This document shows positions 1 to 7,415 of a stretch of 61,502 bases of DNA, one piece after another (the stretch's first letter is position 1; every line of letters starts with the position of its first letter). A program made the translations under genes and the position numbers. The notes beneath the pieces are model-generated. The model was not told the DNA's origin. It did no database searches and saw only the letters and a list, made by a program, of their open reading frames with translations. The stretch is from a virus. Location of the stretch: IMG/VR virus record IMGVR_UViG_3300014954_000001; one strand, given 5' to 3'.

Positions 1-66
1 GAGTTTGAATAACGGACATTTGAGCCACAAATCCTTATTTTACTGGGATTGTGGCTCTTTTATTTT
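1..66 (+). repeat. attL core: 66-bp direct repeat containing a host rho-independent terminator (stem 22-57 plus T-run)
   Basis: Exact match to 61437-61502. Stem gagccacaa / ttgtggctc is followed by ttttatttt. Confidence 0.9.
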
Positions 67-71
67 GCTCC

Positions 72-92
72 GTGATGTTAATGTGATGTTAA
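72..92 (+). promoter_or_regulatory. Tandem GTGATGTTAA x2 next to attL core (candidate recombinase/accessory-factor sites)
   Basis: gtgatgttaa at 72-81 and 83-92 (11-bp spacing). A related atgatgttaa lies at 61325-61334 near attR. Confidence 0.4.
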
Positions 93-161
93 GAATGATG
101 TGCCATTACTTTTACTACTCAAAATGAGCATTATTCTGATGATGTGCAGCTTCCTGAAAAA

Positions 162-201
162 GTGCAATCGAAAACAGTTGCAAATCGAAAGTGCAATCAA
201 A
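162..201 (+). promoter_or_regulatory. Three direct repeats (G/T)TGCAA(A)TC(G)AAA, candidate integrase arm-type sites
   Basis: gtgcaatcgaaa 162-173, ttgcaaatcgaaa 178-190, gtgcaatcaaa 191-201, between attL core and the int 3' end. Confidence 0.45.
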
Positions 202-215
202 TATGGTTGCAGATA

Positions 216-245
216 GAAAAAGAGCCGCCTCGGTCTGAGACGGCT
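216..245 (-). terminator. Rho-independent terminator downstream of int
   Basis: Stem agccgcctc / gagacggct (one mismatch) with a T-run on the minus strand (plus-strand aaaaa at 217-221). Confidence 0.55.
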
Positions 246-253
246 TTACAAAT

Positions 254-1333
254 TCAATTCTTGCGAAACTGGTTCAATCGGTCAGCCAGCTTCTGATCTT
301 TATCCGGATAAAGATGTGAGTATGTGTCGAGAGTGGTCTTTATAGATTCGTGACCTAGCCGCTCCGCAATCTCCAATGGAGTAAAACCGAGTTCTATCAG
401 CATGCTTGCGTGAGAGTGCCGTAGGTCATGTACTCTGATCGGCTTCAGACCAATTCTTTCTGATACTCTTTTCATTTCTTTTTCCAGAGCTGTCTTCTGG
501 AAGTAAAATATCCTGTCGCCATTTCCGATACCATATAGCTTGGAAATGTATTCTTGAATATCATCATATAAGAAATCCGGAATGGAAATACATCTTTTTG
601 CCTTTGGTGTCTTAGGCTCCAGGAATAGCTCCTCACCTTTAATTTTTGCATAGTTCTTATTGATATCAATTCTTTTTGATGAAAGAATGTCTGCAGGTGT
701 GAGTGCCAGAAGCTCTCCGGAACGCATACCGGTATAAAAGAGAATATCAAAAGCAAGCTTCATAGACGATTTGCTAATTGCATTTGAAAACCTCTCATAT
801 TCTTTCTGCGTCCAGATGTTCATTTCATCCGCTTTGCTCTTTCCCATACTGCCGGCCGCCCTGCATGGATTGACAGGCAGGCGGTAATGAGATACAGCAT
901 AATTCATTATTGCTGATAACTGGTTGTTCACAGTTTTTAAATATGTTTGGGAGAATGGCTTTCCATCATCATCCCGATAGGAGATAAGCTCATTCTGCCA
1001 TTTTCTGACCTTTATTGTATCAATGTCACAAATCTTCTGTTTTCCAAAGTAGGGGAGCAGCTTCGTTTCAATAATAAACCGCTTATTCTCCATTGTGGTA
1101 GGTTTCAAGCGGTGTTCCATATCTTCAAGATAATTTGCAACGAGGGAAGAAAAGAGTATGTCGCTTGAAGTGTTCTGCTGATCCAGAAAAGACCTCTCAT
1201 AATCTTTTGCTTCCCTCTGTGTTTTAAATCCTCGTTTACAGATATGCTTCTTTTCTCCAGTCCAATCGGTGTAATAAAAATTAGCATACCATAGTGTTTT
1301 GCCACTTTTAAGAGTGTATTTATATGCCGGCAT
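254..1333 (-). CDS. int: Tyrosine recombinase / phage integrase
   Basis: 359 aa. N-terminal arm-binding/SAM-like region. C-terminal catalytic residues in HDLRHSHAS and LGHESIKTTLDTYSHLY. Adjacent to attL. Confidence 0.93.
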   Translation of the reverse strand: MPAYKYTLKSGKTLWYANFYYTDWTGEKKHICKRGFKTQREAKDYERSFLDQQNTSSDILFSSLVANYLEDMEHRLKPTTMENKRFIIETKLLPYFGKQKICDIDTIKVRKWQNELISYRDDDGKPFSQTYLKTVNNQLSAIMNYAVSHYRLPVNPCRAAGSMGKSKADEMNIWTQKEYERFSNAISKSSMKLAFDILFYTGMRSGELLALTPADILSSKRIDINKNYAKIKGEELFLEPKTPKAKRCISIPDFLYDDIQEYISKLYGIGNGDRIFYFQKTALEKEMKRVSERIGLKPIRVHDLRHSHASMLIELGFTPLEIAERLGHESIKTTLDTYSHLYPDKDQKLADRLNQFRKN

Positions 1334-1980
1334 TAGATGTCCTCGGATGAATTAACCACACGAGCCAATATCTGATAAATATATTCCGGCTGGCGGGTTT
1401 CCAAAGGATACTGTTGATCGCCGAACTGGAAAGCAATGCCATTCTGATAAGGAGTTACAGCTGACAATGCCGAAATCTTCTTATCGAAAGCTCCTTTGTT
1501 TGCTGAAAATACAACTCTCTTATTCGTAATAGAAAGAACTCCCTGTGTACGCTCCTGCACGTCACCACGGATTGGAGCTGCCTTTCTCGCCCCAAGATGT
1601 ACCGACATACCTTTTGCAATACGGACACTTGTACCACGGCTTCCTCCGGAATATCCAACGACCACATTCTTTGTTTTAACAAAAGTAGCAGTTCCACAGT
1701 AATGACACACCTCTCCATTTGCAAGCATTACATTTGATGGCACAACTGGTAGCGGTGCGTCTGCGGAAATCTGCATTGGTCTGTTACCCTGGATGCGTTC
1801 TCCGTGTATTGCGGCCAGCAGGTACCGGATGCAGTCAACAAACCATCCGATACAAAACAATCCAAATGTGCATAGGTAAAGAATACCCATACCAATCTTC
1901 TTTTCTCTAAATTTATGAACCCCAAGCCATCCAAACAGGAGGCAGATAACAAAGTCGGTCCAAGCTGCAGTCCATACCAT
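1333..1980 (-). CDS. TM2-domain membrane protein with C-terminal PH/GRAM-like domain (candidate superinfection exclusion)
   Basis: N-terminal FGWLGVHKFREKKIGMGILYL...GWFVDCIRY (TM2-like, 2 TM). C-terminal VLSITNKRVVFSA motif. Sits between int and the repressor. Confidence 0.6.
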   Translation of the reverse strand: MVWTAAWTDFVICLLFGWLGVHKFREKKIGMGILYLCTFGLFCIGWFVDCIRYLLAAIHGERIQGNRPMQISADAPLPVVPSNVMLANGEVCHYCGTATFVKTKNVVVGYSGGSRGTSVRIAKGMSVHLGARKAAPIRGDVQERTQGVLSITNKRVVFSANKGAFDKKISALSAVTPYQNGIAFQFGDQQYPLETRQPEYIYQILARVVNSSEDI

Positions 1981-2010
1981 AATATTCCTCCAATCGTTCT
2001 GTTATTTTTT

Positions 2011-2661
2011 TTAAGCCCCTTTTCCTTCGGTACCACTCGAAGGAAACGATTTTTTTTCTTCGTCTGCGTATTTGCCATACTCACCAGCTGCAACTGCCGA
2101 GATACCTTCTACGCACAAAACACCTGCCTTTGCTAATAAATATTGCTGACTATCTTCGTCACAGCGGTTGAATTTTTGAAGGAGCGATTCTTCCTGTGAA
2201 CTTATTCTCTTTCTACTTGAAATGTTCAAAAGATAGTCCGTCGAAACATTCAAAGCACCAGCGATTTTTATTAAGTCTTCAATAGATGGCATTTTGTTGC
2301 CATACAAATATGCGTCCTTTTCTTCTTTATGAAATCCTACTCTTTGAGCAAATTCATCCTCCGACATTTTTTGCTCTTCCATTAAATCTCGAATTCTCAT
2401 TTTGAAATCAAGAACAAACTCTGGAGTATCCATTTTGAAGTTTGCGTAATCGATATTTGGAACTCCGTGGTCATACAATTGTGCGACTGACACTCCGAAC
2501 AATTTGGAAAGTTCAGATAATGTTTCGCTATTTGGTTCAGAAACATTATTTTCCCAACTACTGATGGTTTGTTTTACAACACCGAGCTTCTTTCCTAATT
2601 CGCCCTGAGTAAGCCCAGCTTCTTTTCTGAGCTGCTTAATTATGTTGCCGTTTACAGCCAT
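2011..2661 (-). CDS. CI-like repressor, XRE family, two HTH domains
   Basis: IKQLRKEAGLTQGELGKKLGVVKQTISSWEN plus a second HTH-like segment. AGGAGG lies 8 nt upstream. Divergent from the cro-like gene. Confidence 0.85.
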   Translation of the reverse strand: MAVNGNIIKQLRKEAGLTQGELGKKLGVVKQTISSWENNVSEPNSETLSELSKLFGVSVAQLYDHGVPNIDYANFKMDTPEFVLDFKMRIRDLMEEQKMSEDEFAQRVGFHKEEKDAYLYGNKMPSIEDLIKIAGALNVSTDYLLNISSRKRISSQEESLLQKFNRCDEDSQQYLLAKAGVLCVEGISAVAAGEYGKYADEEKKSFPSSGTEGKGA

Positions 2662-2686
2662 ATAGCCAACCTCCTTGCGTGTTTAT

Positions 2687-2715
2687 ATTTTAGTCCAAAA
2701 TCATTGGACTTTCAA
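2687..2715 (-). promoter_or_regulatory. Putative repressor-gene promoter TTGAAA-17-TAAAAT overlapped by palindromic operator
   Basis: Minus-strand -35 at 2715-2710 and -10 at 2692-2687. Palindrome AGTCCAA-aatca-TTGGACT at 2692-2710 fills the spacer. Confidence 0.55.
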
Positions 2716-2755
2716 TGGCAAAACAGATAAGTCCAAAAAATATTGACAAAACCTA

Positions 2756-2807
2756 TTGACAATCCAATATCAATGGACTATTATGTAAATGTCCATAGAA
2801 AATGGAC
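2756..2807 (+). promoter_or_regulatory. Putative early rightward promoter TTGACA-17-TATTAT plus operator GTCCAT-agaaa-ATGGAC
   Basis: -35 at 2756-2761, -10 at 2779-2784. Palindrome at 2791-2807 sits at the expected transcription start. The half-site (A/T)TGGACT recurs at 2704-2710, 2773-2779 and 2802-2808. Confidence 0.6.
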
Positions 2808-2825
2808 TGAAAGGAGGATACAAAA

Positions 2826-3032
2826 TTGGATACCAGCACAATCAATATTGCAGAAAGAGTAAAAGATGCTCGTAGGGATGCCAAATTAACACAGACCGAG
2901 CTCGGAAAGAGAATTGGGAAATCTAAACAGTGGGTATCCGAACTGGAGCGTGGAAATATTAAATTAAGTTTTGAGATGGCTGTAAGTATCTCCAACGCTT
3001 GCAATAAGACGACTGAATTTTTTTGCCATTAA
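2826..3032 (+). CDS. Cro-like XRE-family HTH protein (TTG start)
   Basis: 68 aa with AKLTQTELGKRIGKSKQWVSELERGN. RBS aaaggagga at 2810-2818. Confidence 0.8.
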   Translation: MDTSTINIAERVKDARRDAKLTQTELGKRIGKSKQWVSELERGNIKLSFEMAVSISNACNKTTEFFCH

Positions 3033-3087
3033 AGTCCATAAATAATTGACTTTAATTTCATTATAAATCGTGGAGGTGAAAATCAAA

Positions 3088-3561
3088 ATGGCAAACGTAA
3101 CAGCTAAGACAAGCTCCAACATCTTTTACAAAGCCCGTTGCGAGGCGGCAACACACAATGAACAGTTGAGTAGTAGAGAGGGAGCTGCTGACTATATGTC
3201 AATTGACAGAGGACGGCTTTACAGAATAGAAAGTGGCATTACTATTCCTTATCCAGAGGAAATCAGACTTATGGCAGATTTATATAATGCTCCGGAATTG
3301 GAAAATTACTTTTGCAGGACAATGTGTCCGTTGGGATGCGAAATGCCTAAAGTCGAGCTGGCAAATCTGGACAGGCTTACAGTCAGAACACTTTCTGTTT
3401 TCCGAAAAATTGGAAAAACAAAAGAAATGCTTCTCGATATCACAGCAGATGGGGTGATTGATGAAAGTGAAAAGCCGGAGCTTGATGAGGTAGTAAAAAA
3501 CTTGGAAGAGGTAGAGGAAATTGCACAGAGCATGAGGCTTTGGATTAAGAAGAATATGTAA
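3088..3561 (+). CDS. HTH-type early regulator (XRE-like)
   Basis: The ORF track starts at 3070. ATG at 3088 follows ggaggtg. Contains a REGAADYMSIDRGRLYRIESG HTH-like segment. Confidence 0.6.
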   Translation: MANVTAKTSSNIFYKARCEAATHNEQLSSREGAADYMSIDRGRLYRIESGITIPYPEEIRLMADLYNAPELENYFCRTMCPLGCEMPKVELANLDRLTVRTLSVFRKIGKTKEMLLDITADGVIDESEKPELDEVVKNLEEVEEIAQSMRLWIKKNM

Positions 3562-3669
3562 GAATGGGCTCGAATGGTCGGCAGCATCATTGGACCGAGT
3601 GAAAACGAGGAAAGTCTGGCGGTGCTATTGGCAGAGTAGAGCTTAATAATTTTTTATTTACAGTCTGCG

Positions 3670-3766
3670 GACATTTGACAGCAAGTGACAACAAATGTGT
3701 CCGTAATCCAATCCAATCCGAATCCAAATCCGAATCGGGAAACCAATACAATATTTGCTCGGAGCA
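3670..3766 (+). repeat. Non-coding copy of a segment of the replisome-organizer gene (contains AATCC pentamer array 3705-3738)
   Basis: 3687-3738 is identical to 11685-11736 (52/52 nt), and the flanks are also similar. Same orientation, 7998 bp apart. Confidence 0.85.
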
Positions 3767-3798
3767 ACAAGCAGCTCCAAGCACGAGGAGGTGGCAAG

Positions 3799-4230
3799 TT
3801 GTATTTAGCAGAAAACTTAAAGTTTCTTCGGGAACAGAACGGAAAGACACAGGGGGAGCTGGCAGTTCTCTTTGGAATTGAACAAAAGACAATATCTTCG
3901 TGGGAATGTGGTAGTCGTAAACCACCAATCGGCACGATTGTTAGTTTGGCAAAACTTTACAGGGTATCACTTGATGATTTGGTTCTGACAGATATGAGAC
4001 CACCGATACCTGTATATGCACTTAATCTTGCATATCTCCGTAAAAAGTACGGAATGACACAACAGGAACTGGTAGAAATCATTGGACTAAAACATAAAAG
4101 CAGTATCTCTCTGATTGAAAACGGGAAATACGAACCTTCCATTGAAAATTTGGAGAAACTAGCAGATTTCTTTGGTGTAACTATGGACCAGATTGTCAAA
4201 CAAGATTTATCGCAGGAGGTGAGCAAATGA
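3799..4230 (+). CDS. Tandem-HTH XRE-family regulator (probable TTG start)
   Basis: GAGGAGG at 3785-3791, then an in-frame TTG at 3799. Two HTH_3-like units (GKTQGELAVLFGIEQKTISSWE; GMTQQELVEIIGLKHKSSISLIE). The 3685 start would read through the repeat. Confidence 0.75.
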   Translation: MYLAENLKFLREQNGKTQGELAVLFGIEQKTISSWECGSRKPPIGTIVSLAKLYRVSLDDLVLTDMRPPIPVYALNLAYLRKKYGMTQQELVEIIGLKHKSSISLIENGKYEPSIENLEKLADFFGVTMDQIVKQDLSQEVSK

Positions 4231-4451
4231 ACGCATTAGCAACAGCACCAGGTGTCATTGCTACACCGGGAAAGTATTATATCGGGGCAAAAGAAGTGAT
4301 GGAATACCTTGATTGCAAGGAAAATAAGGCTTATGAGCTGATAAGGCAGCTTCGGGACGAATTGGTTAAAGCAGGCAAGCTTACACCGGCATACCCGATA
4401 GGAAAAGTCCCAAGAAAGTATTTTTTTGAGAGATGCATGATTGAAGAATAG
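4227..4451 (+). CDS. Small HTH DNA-binding protein (excisionase/MerR-like)
   Basis: 74 aa with YIGAKEVMEYLDCKENKAYELIRQLRDEL...GKVPRKYFFE. Start overlaps the upstream stop. Confidence 0.45.
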   Translation: MNALATAPGVIATPGKYYIGAKEVMEYLDCKENKAYELIRQLRDELVKAGKLTPAYPIGKVPRKYFFERCMIEE

Positions 4452-4461
4452 GAGGTGCAAA

Positions 4462-4656
4462 ATGGCATATTACAATGTTTGTCCAAAGTGCGGTTGCAAT
4501 CTGGATCCGGGAGAGAAATGCGATTGTGAGAGCTTAAAGATAGAGCATCAGGAAACAAGCAGATTTTTTTACAGTCAGTTTTTAAGAGCGGATGATAGCA
4601 ATGGTCAGATGTCATTTGTGTTTGACCATCCCCAAGGAGGTGCAATAGGAGCATGA
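4462..4656 (+). CDS. Small zinc-ribbon protein
   Basis: RBS aggaggtg, then ATG at 4462. CPKCGCNLDPGEKCDC. Confidence 0.55.
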   Translation: MAYYNVCPKCGCNLDPGEKCDCESLKIEHQETSRFFYSQFLRADDSNGQMSFVFDHPQGGAIGA

Positions 4657-5255
4657 GAAACAAATGTCTTTTGGGTTTAGGACTGGTATTCGTGATTTCG
4701 TTGACATCAATGGTTGCATTCGCTTTCAGCTTTACGGGAACTCCAGCAGACGAAGTGGATGAAACAGAAATGATTGTTAGAGCTGTGGTTTCTGAGGAAG
4801 CGGATGCAATGCCAACAACGGAACCAATCACAACAACCGGACAAGAGCAGGAAATGGTAAAAAAAGAGCAGTCCAAAATCGGCAGTATGGATTGGGATTC
4901 GGATGATGCGTATAGGCTTGCCAAGATTGCAATGGCTGAAGCTGAATCGGAGGACACCGAGGGAAAAGCCCTCGTGATGCTGGTTGTGTTGAATAGGGTT
5001 TGGGATGATGAATTTCCAGACACTATCGAGGAGGTTATCTTCCAGAAAGGGCAGTTTAGTCCGATCAGCAACGGAAGATATGACGAGGTAGAGCCGGACG
5101 AGGACTGTTACAGAGCATTGCAGCTTATTCAGACTGGTGGATGGGATGAAAGCCATGGAGCAACTTACTTTGAGAGCAAGAGCGATTCTACATGGCATAG
5201 TGAAAATCTGACTTTCCTGTTTAAGCATGGAAAACATTATTTTTACAAGGAGTGA
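4653..5255 (+). CDS. SleB/CwlJ-family cell-wall hydrolase with N-terminal signal/TM segment
   Basis: AKIAMAEAESEDTEGKALVMLVVLNRV...IFQKGQFSPISNGRY...ATYFES. Confidence 0.75.
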   Translation: MRNKCLLGLGLVFVISLTSMVAFAFSFTGTPADEVDETEMIVRAVVSEEADAMPTTEPITTTGQEQEMVKKEQSKIGSMDWDSDDAYRLAKIAMAEAESEDTEGKALVMLVVLNRVWDDEFPDTIEEVIFQKGQFSPISNGRYDEVEPDEDCYRALQLIQTGGWDESHGATYFESKSDSTWHSENLTFLFKHGKHYFYKE

Positions 5256-5261
5256 GGACAA

Positions 5262-5528
5262 ATGAGGAAGACACTGAAAAGAGATTTGATAGCGGTTATC
5301 TGGACGCTGCTTGTCACATATGCTATCGGGAAATGGGCTTTTCATCTTGCCTATATCGAGAGAGGATACGAGGCTGTCGGAGGTGAGTATTTATTAATCC
5401 CTGTGGTTTACTGGGGAGCATGGAAAGCAATTAACTATTTATTTGATTCGTTGGAGGAATTGGAAAATGAAAGAAATTGTAGAAAAAAAAGAAGTAGAGG
5501 AACTGCTCGGATGCGAAATTACAGATGA
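5262..5528 (+). CDS. Small membrane protein
   Basis: 88 aa with two hydrophobic segments. The 3' end overlaps the next ORF. Confidence 0.5.
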   Translation: MRKTLKRDLIAVIWTLLVTYAIGKWAFHLAYIERGYEAVGGEYLLIPVVYWGAWKAINYLFDSLEELENERNCRKKRSRGTARMRNYR

Positions 5529-5775
5529 ACAGTTCGAGGAGGCATTGAAATATGCCAGACATAAGCAGGAGTACATATACCAGCGTGAGCACAGACAGGT
5601 TGTGTTACAGCATTGGTATCTTGTGAAGCTCACAGAGGAATATGTGAGAAGCCTTGCTTTTTCAAAATTCACTATGGATTTATGCAGAACATTGCAGGAT
5701 ATGGAAAAAGAGCACCCGATCATAAATCAGAGTGCCCCTACGAATAACCATATTGTAGCAGTTCCTGCTTTATAA
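5467..5775 (+). CDS. Hypothetical protein
   Basis: ATG at 5467 follows ggaggaattgg. 102 aa. Confidence 0.5.
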   Translation: MKEIVEKKEVEELLGCEITDEQFEEALKYARHKQEYIYQREHRQVVLQHWYLVKLTEEYVRSLAFSKFTMDLCRTLQDMEKEHPIINQSAPTNNHIVAVPAL

Positions 5776-5811
5776 ATCAAGCAAATATTACACAATATGG
5801 AGGTTTAATCT

Positions 5812-6975
5812 ATGAACAATTCAAATGCTTTGGCTGAAATTCAGTCAAAATATCCAAACTGCAACCTGCTGTTACCATCAGCTACATCAGTGCAGATCAA
5901 CCCATTTTATAAGTGTTCCGTTATGGAAGTGGTGGCGGACACAGCACCGAACTCAGGAGATATCTTTTCTGTAGGAAAAGTAAAGACTGGAGAGGATGGA
6001 AAAGGAAAAGCCATATACGAGGATGTTTTCTCACCTGCAAAGCCGCTTCTTATGAAGCTGGCAACTGCGGCAGGAATCCAGTTTCATCCCGAGTACACAA
6101 CAGTTACAAGAGAAAATACAAATACTTATGTTGGCAAGGCATACGGAGCAGTAAGACTTCCGGACGGAAGCTACAAGACACACATGGAGACAAAGCGTAT
6201 TTGTCTTGACGATGAAGAATCTAAGTACCGCCTTGAATTTATGGACAAGTCAATTATGGGAATTCATGATTGGAGAGCTGCCAAGGCTGCCTCTGAAATG
6301 TTTAAAGGGGAGTGGAAAGACGATCCAGAGAAGATAAATCAGTGGGGCAAGCCCGAGAAATATTATGTCATTGCTGACAGCGACAGAGAGAAGTATATCG
6401 AGAGGTCAATTTTGGTGAATATGACACTTCTCAGAAAGACTGCTTCTGAAAAAGCACAGACAGGAGCAATCCTCAGAGTTATCAGAGCATTGCTTGGTAT
6501 TAAGGGGACATACTCAAAGGCAGAATTGGAGAAGCCGTTTGTTGTTCCTACAGTAACATTTGCACCAGATTACACGGATCCTACAGTGAGAAGTGCAATG
6601 CTCCAGCAGGGGATGAATTCCATGGGGAATATGTTCGGTGCCTCATCCACACCGCCTGCAATCTCCACTGCATTTTCTGGCGAAGCATTTTCGTCAGACT
6701 TTAATCCAGAGGATGAAATTGACAATCCTGCATTTGTTTCCGAACAGGTTGAGGATAGTGACGGGGCTGTGGAAGAGCAGGAAAGAAACTGGTTCGATCA
6801 GGAACAACCGGCACAGGAACAGCCACAGTCACAGCCGACAACAAATGGAAATGAGACAACTGGATATTTCTGTGATGGATGTGGAGCAGAAATCAACGAA
6901 AGGGTATATGAGTATTCGCTCAATAAATTTGGAAGACCGCTGTGCATGAAGTGTCAGAAAGGAGCTGGTAAGTAA
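5812..6975 (+). CDS. Hypothetical protein with acidic region and C-terminal zinc ribbon (possible ssDNA-binding/annealing role from context)
   Basis: 387 aa. C-terminal CDGCGAEIN...LCMKCQ. First gene of the operon with DUF3846 and SbcCD. Confidence 0.3.
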   Translation: MNNSNALAEIQSKYPNCNLLLPSATSVQINPFYKCSVMEVVADTAPNSGDIFSVGKVKTGEDGKGKAIYEDVFSPAKPLLMKLATAAGIQFHPEYTTVTRENTNTYVGKAYGAVRLPDGSYKTHMETKRICLDDEESKYRLEFMDKSIMGIHDWRAAKAASEMFKGEWKDDPEKINQWGKPEKYYVIADSDREKYIERSILVNMTLLRKTASEKAQTGAILRVIRALLGIKGTYSKAELEKPFVVPTVTFAPDYTDPTVRSAMLQQGMNSMGNMFGASSTPPAISTAFSGEAFSSDFNPEDEIDNPAFVSEQVEDSDGAVEEQERNWFDQEQPAQEQPQSQPTTNGNETTGYFCDGCGAEINERVYEYSLNKFGRPLCMKCQKGAGK

Positions 6976-7415
6976 TGAAGCTGATTAAGATTTCAACGGA
7001 CCTTGAACTGACTGTGCATGATTTTCCGACAGGAACACATTCAGAACAGAACGATTACCTTAGAGGATTGATTGGAAATGACTGTGAGCTGTATGAGCAT
7101 GTTATGCCAGAGCGATTATATACAGACTTGAAAATGAAAGACCGACCAACAAAGATACCGGGACAGTGTGTGAGCATGCTGATTGATGAGGAAGGGCGAT
7201 TAAAGCAAAACACCGCAAATCTTATTGGGAGTTATCTTTATAAAACAGATGTACATAATCAGCCGATTGTGGGAAATGTGCTCTTTGTCGGAGAAGAATG
7301 GAACAATGATGGTATCGACTTCTGCGGATTGGAGGAGGAGACATTTAAGCTTCTGGAACTTGAATTACACAATATGATTATGGCTATGAAAGCCACTATG
7401 GAGGTGTTGAAATGA
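6975..7415 (+). CDS. DUF3846-like protein
   Basis: LRGLIGNDCELYEHV...MLIDEEGRLK...PIVGNVLFVGEE pattern. Confidence 0.55.
   Translation: MKLIKISTDLELTVHDFPTGTHSEQNDYLRGLIGNDCELYEHVMPERLYTDLKMKDRPTKIPGQCVSMLIDEEGRLKQNTANLIGSYLYKTDVHNQPIVGNVLFVGEEWNNDGIDFCGLEEETFKLLELELHNMIMAMKATMEVLK

Noticed and set aside
3587-3935. ORFs on both strands through the 3.6-3.9 kb region (3675-3881, the 3685 start of the HTH gene, 3587-3928 minus, 3654-3935 minus), including NPNPNPN / SESKSES peptides
   Set aside because: They are generated by the AATCC repeat and the duplicated rep-gene fragment. None has an RBS. The HTH gene has a good GAGGAGG-TTG start at 3799.
4331-5345. 246-aa and 212-aa minus-strand ORFs opposite the SleB-like gene
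   Set aside because: They are antisense to co-directional, RBS-supported + strand genes with recognisable domains. Their translations are Ser/Cys-rich low-complexity sequence.
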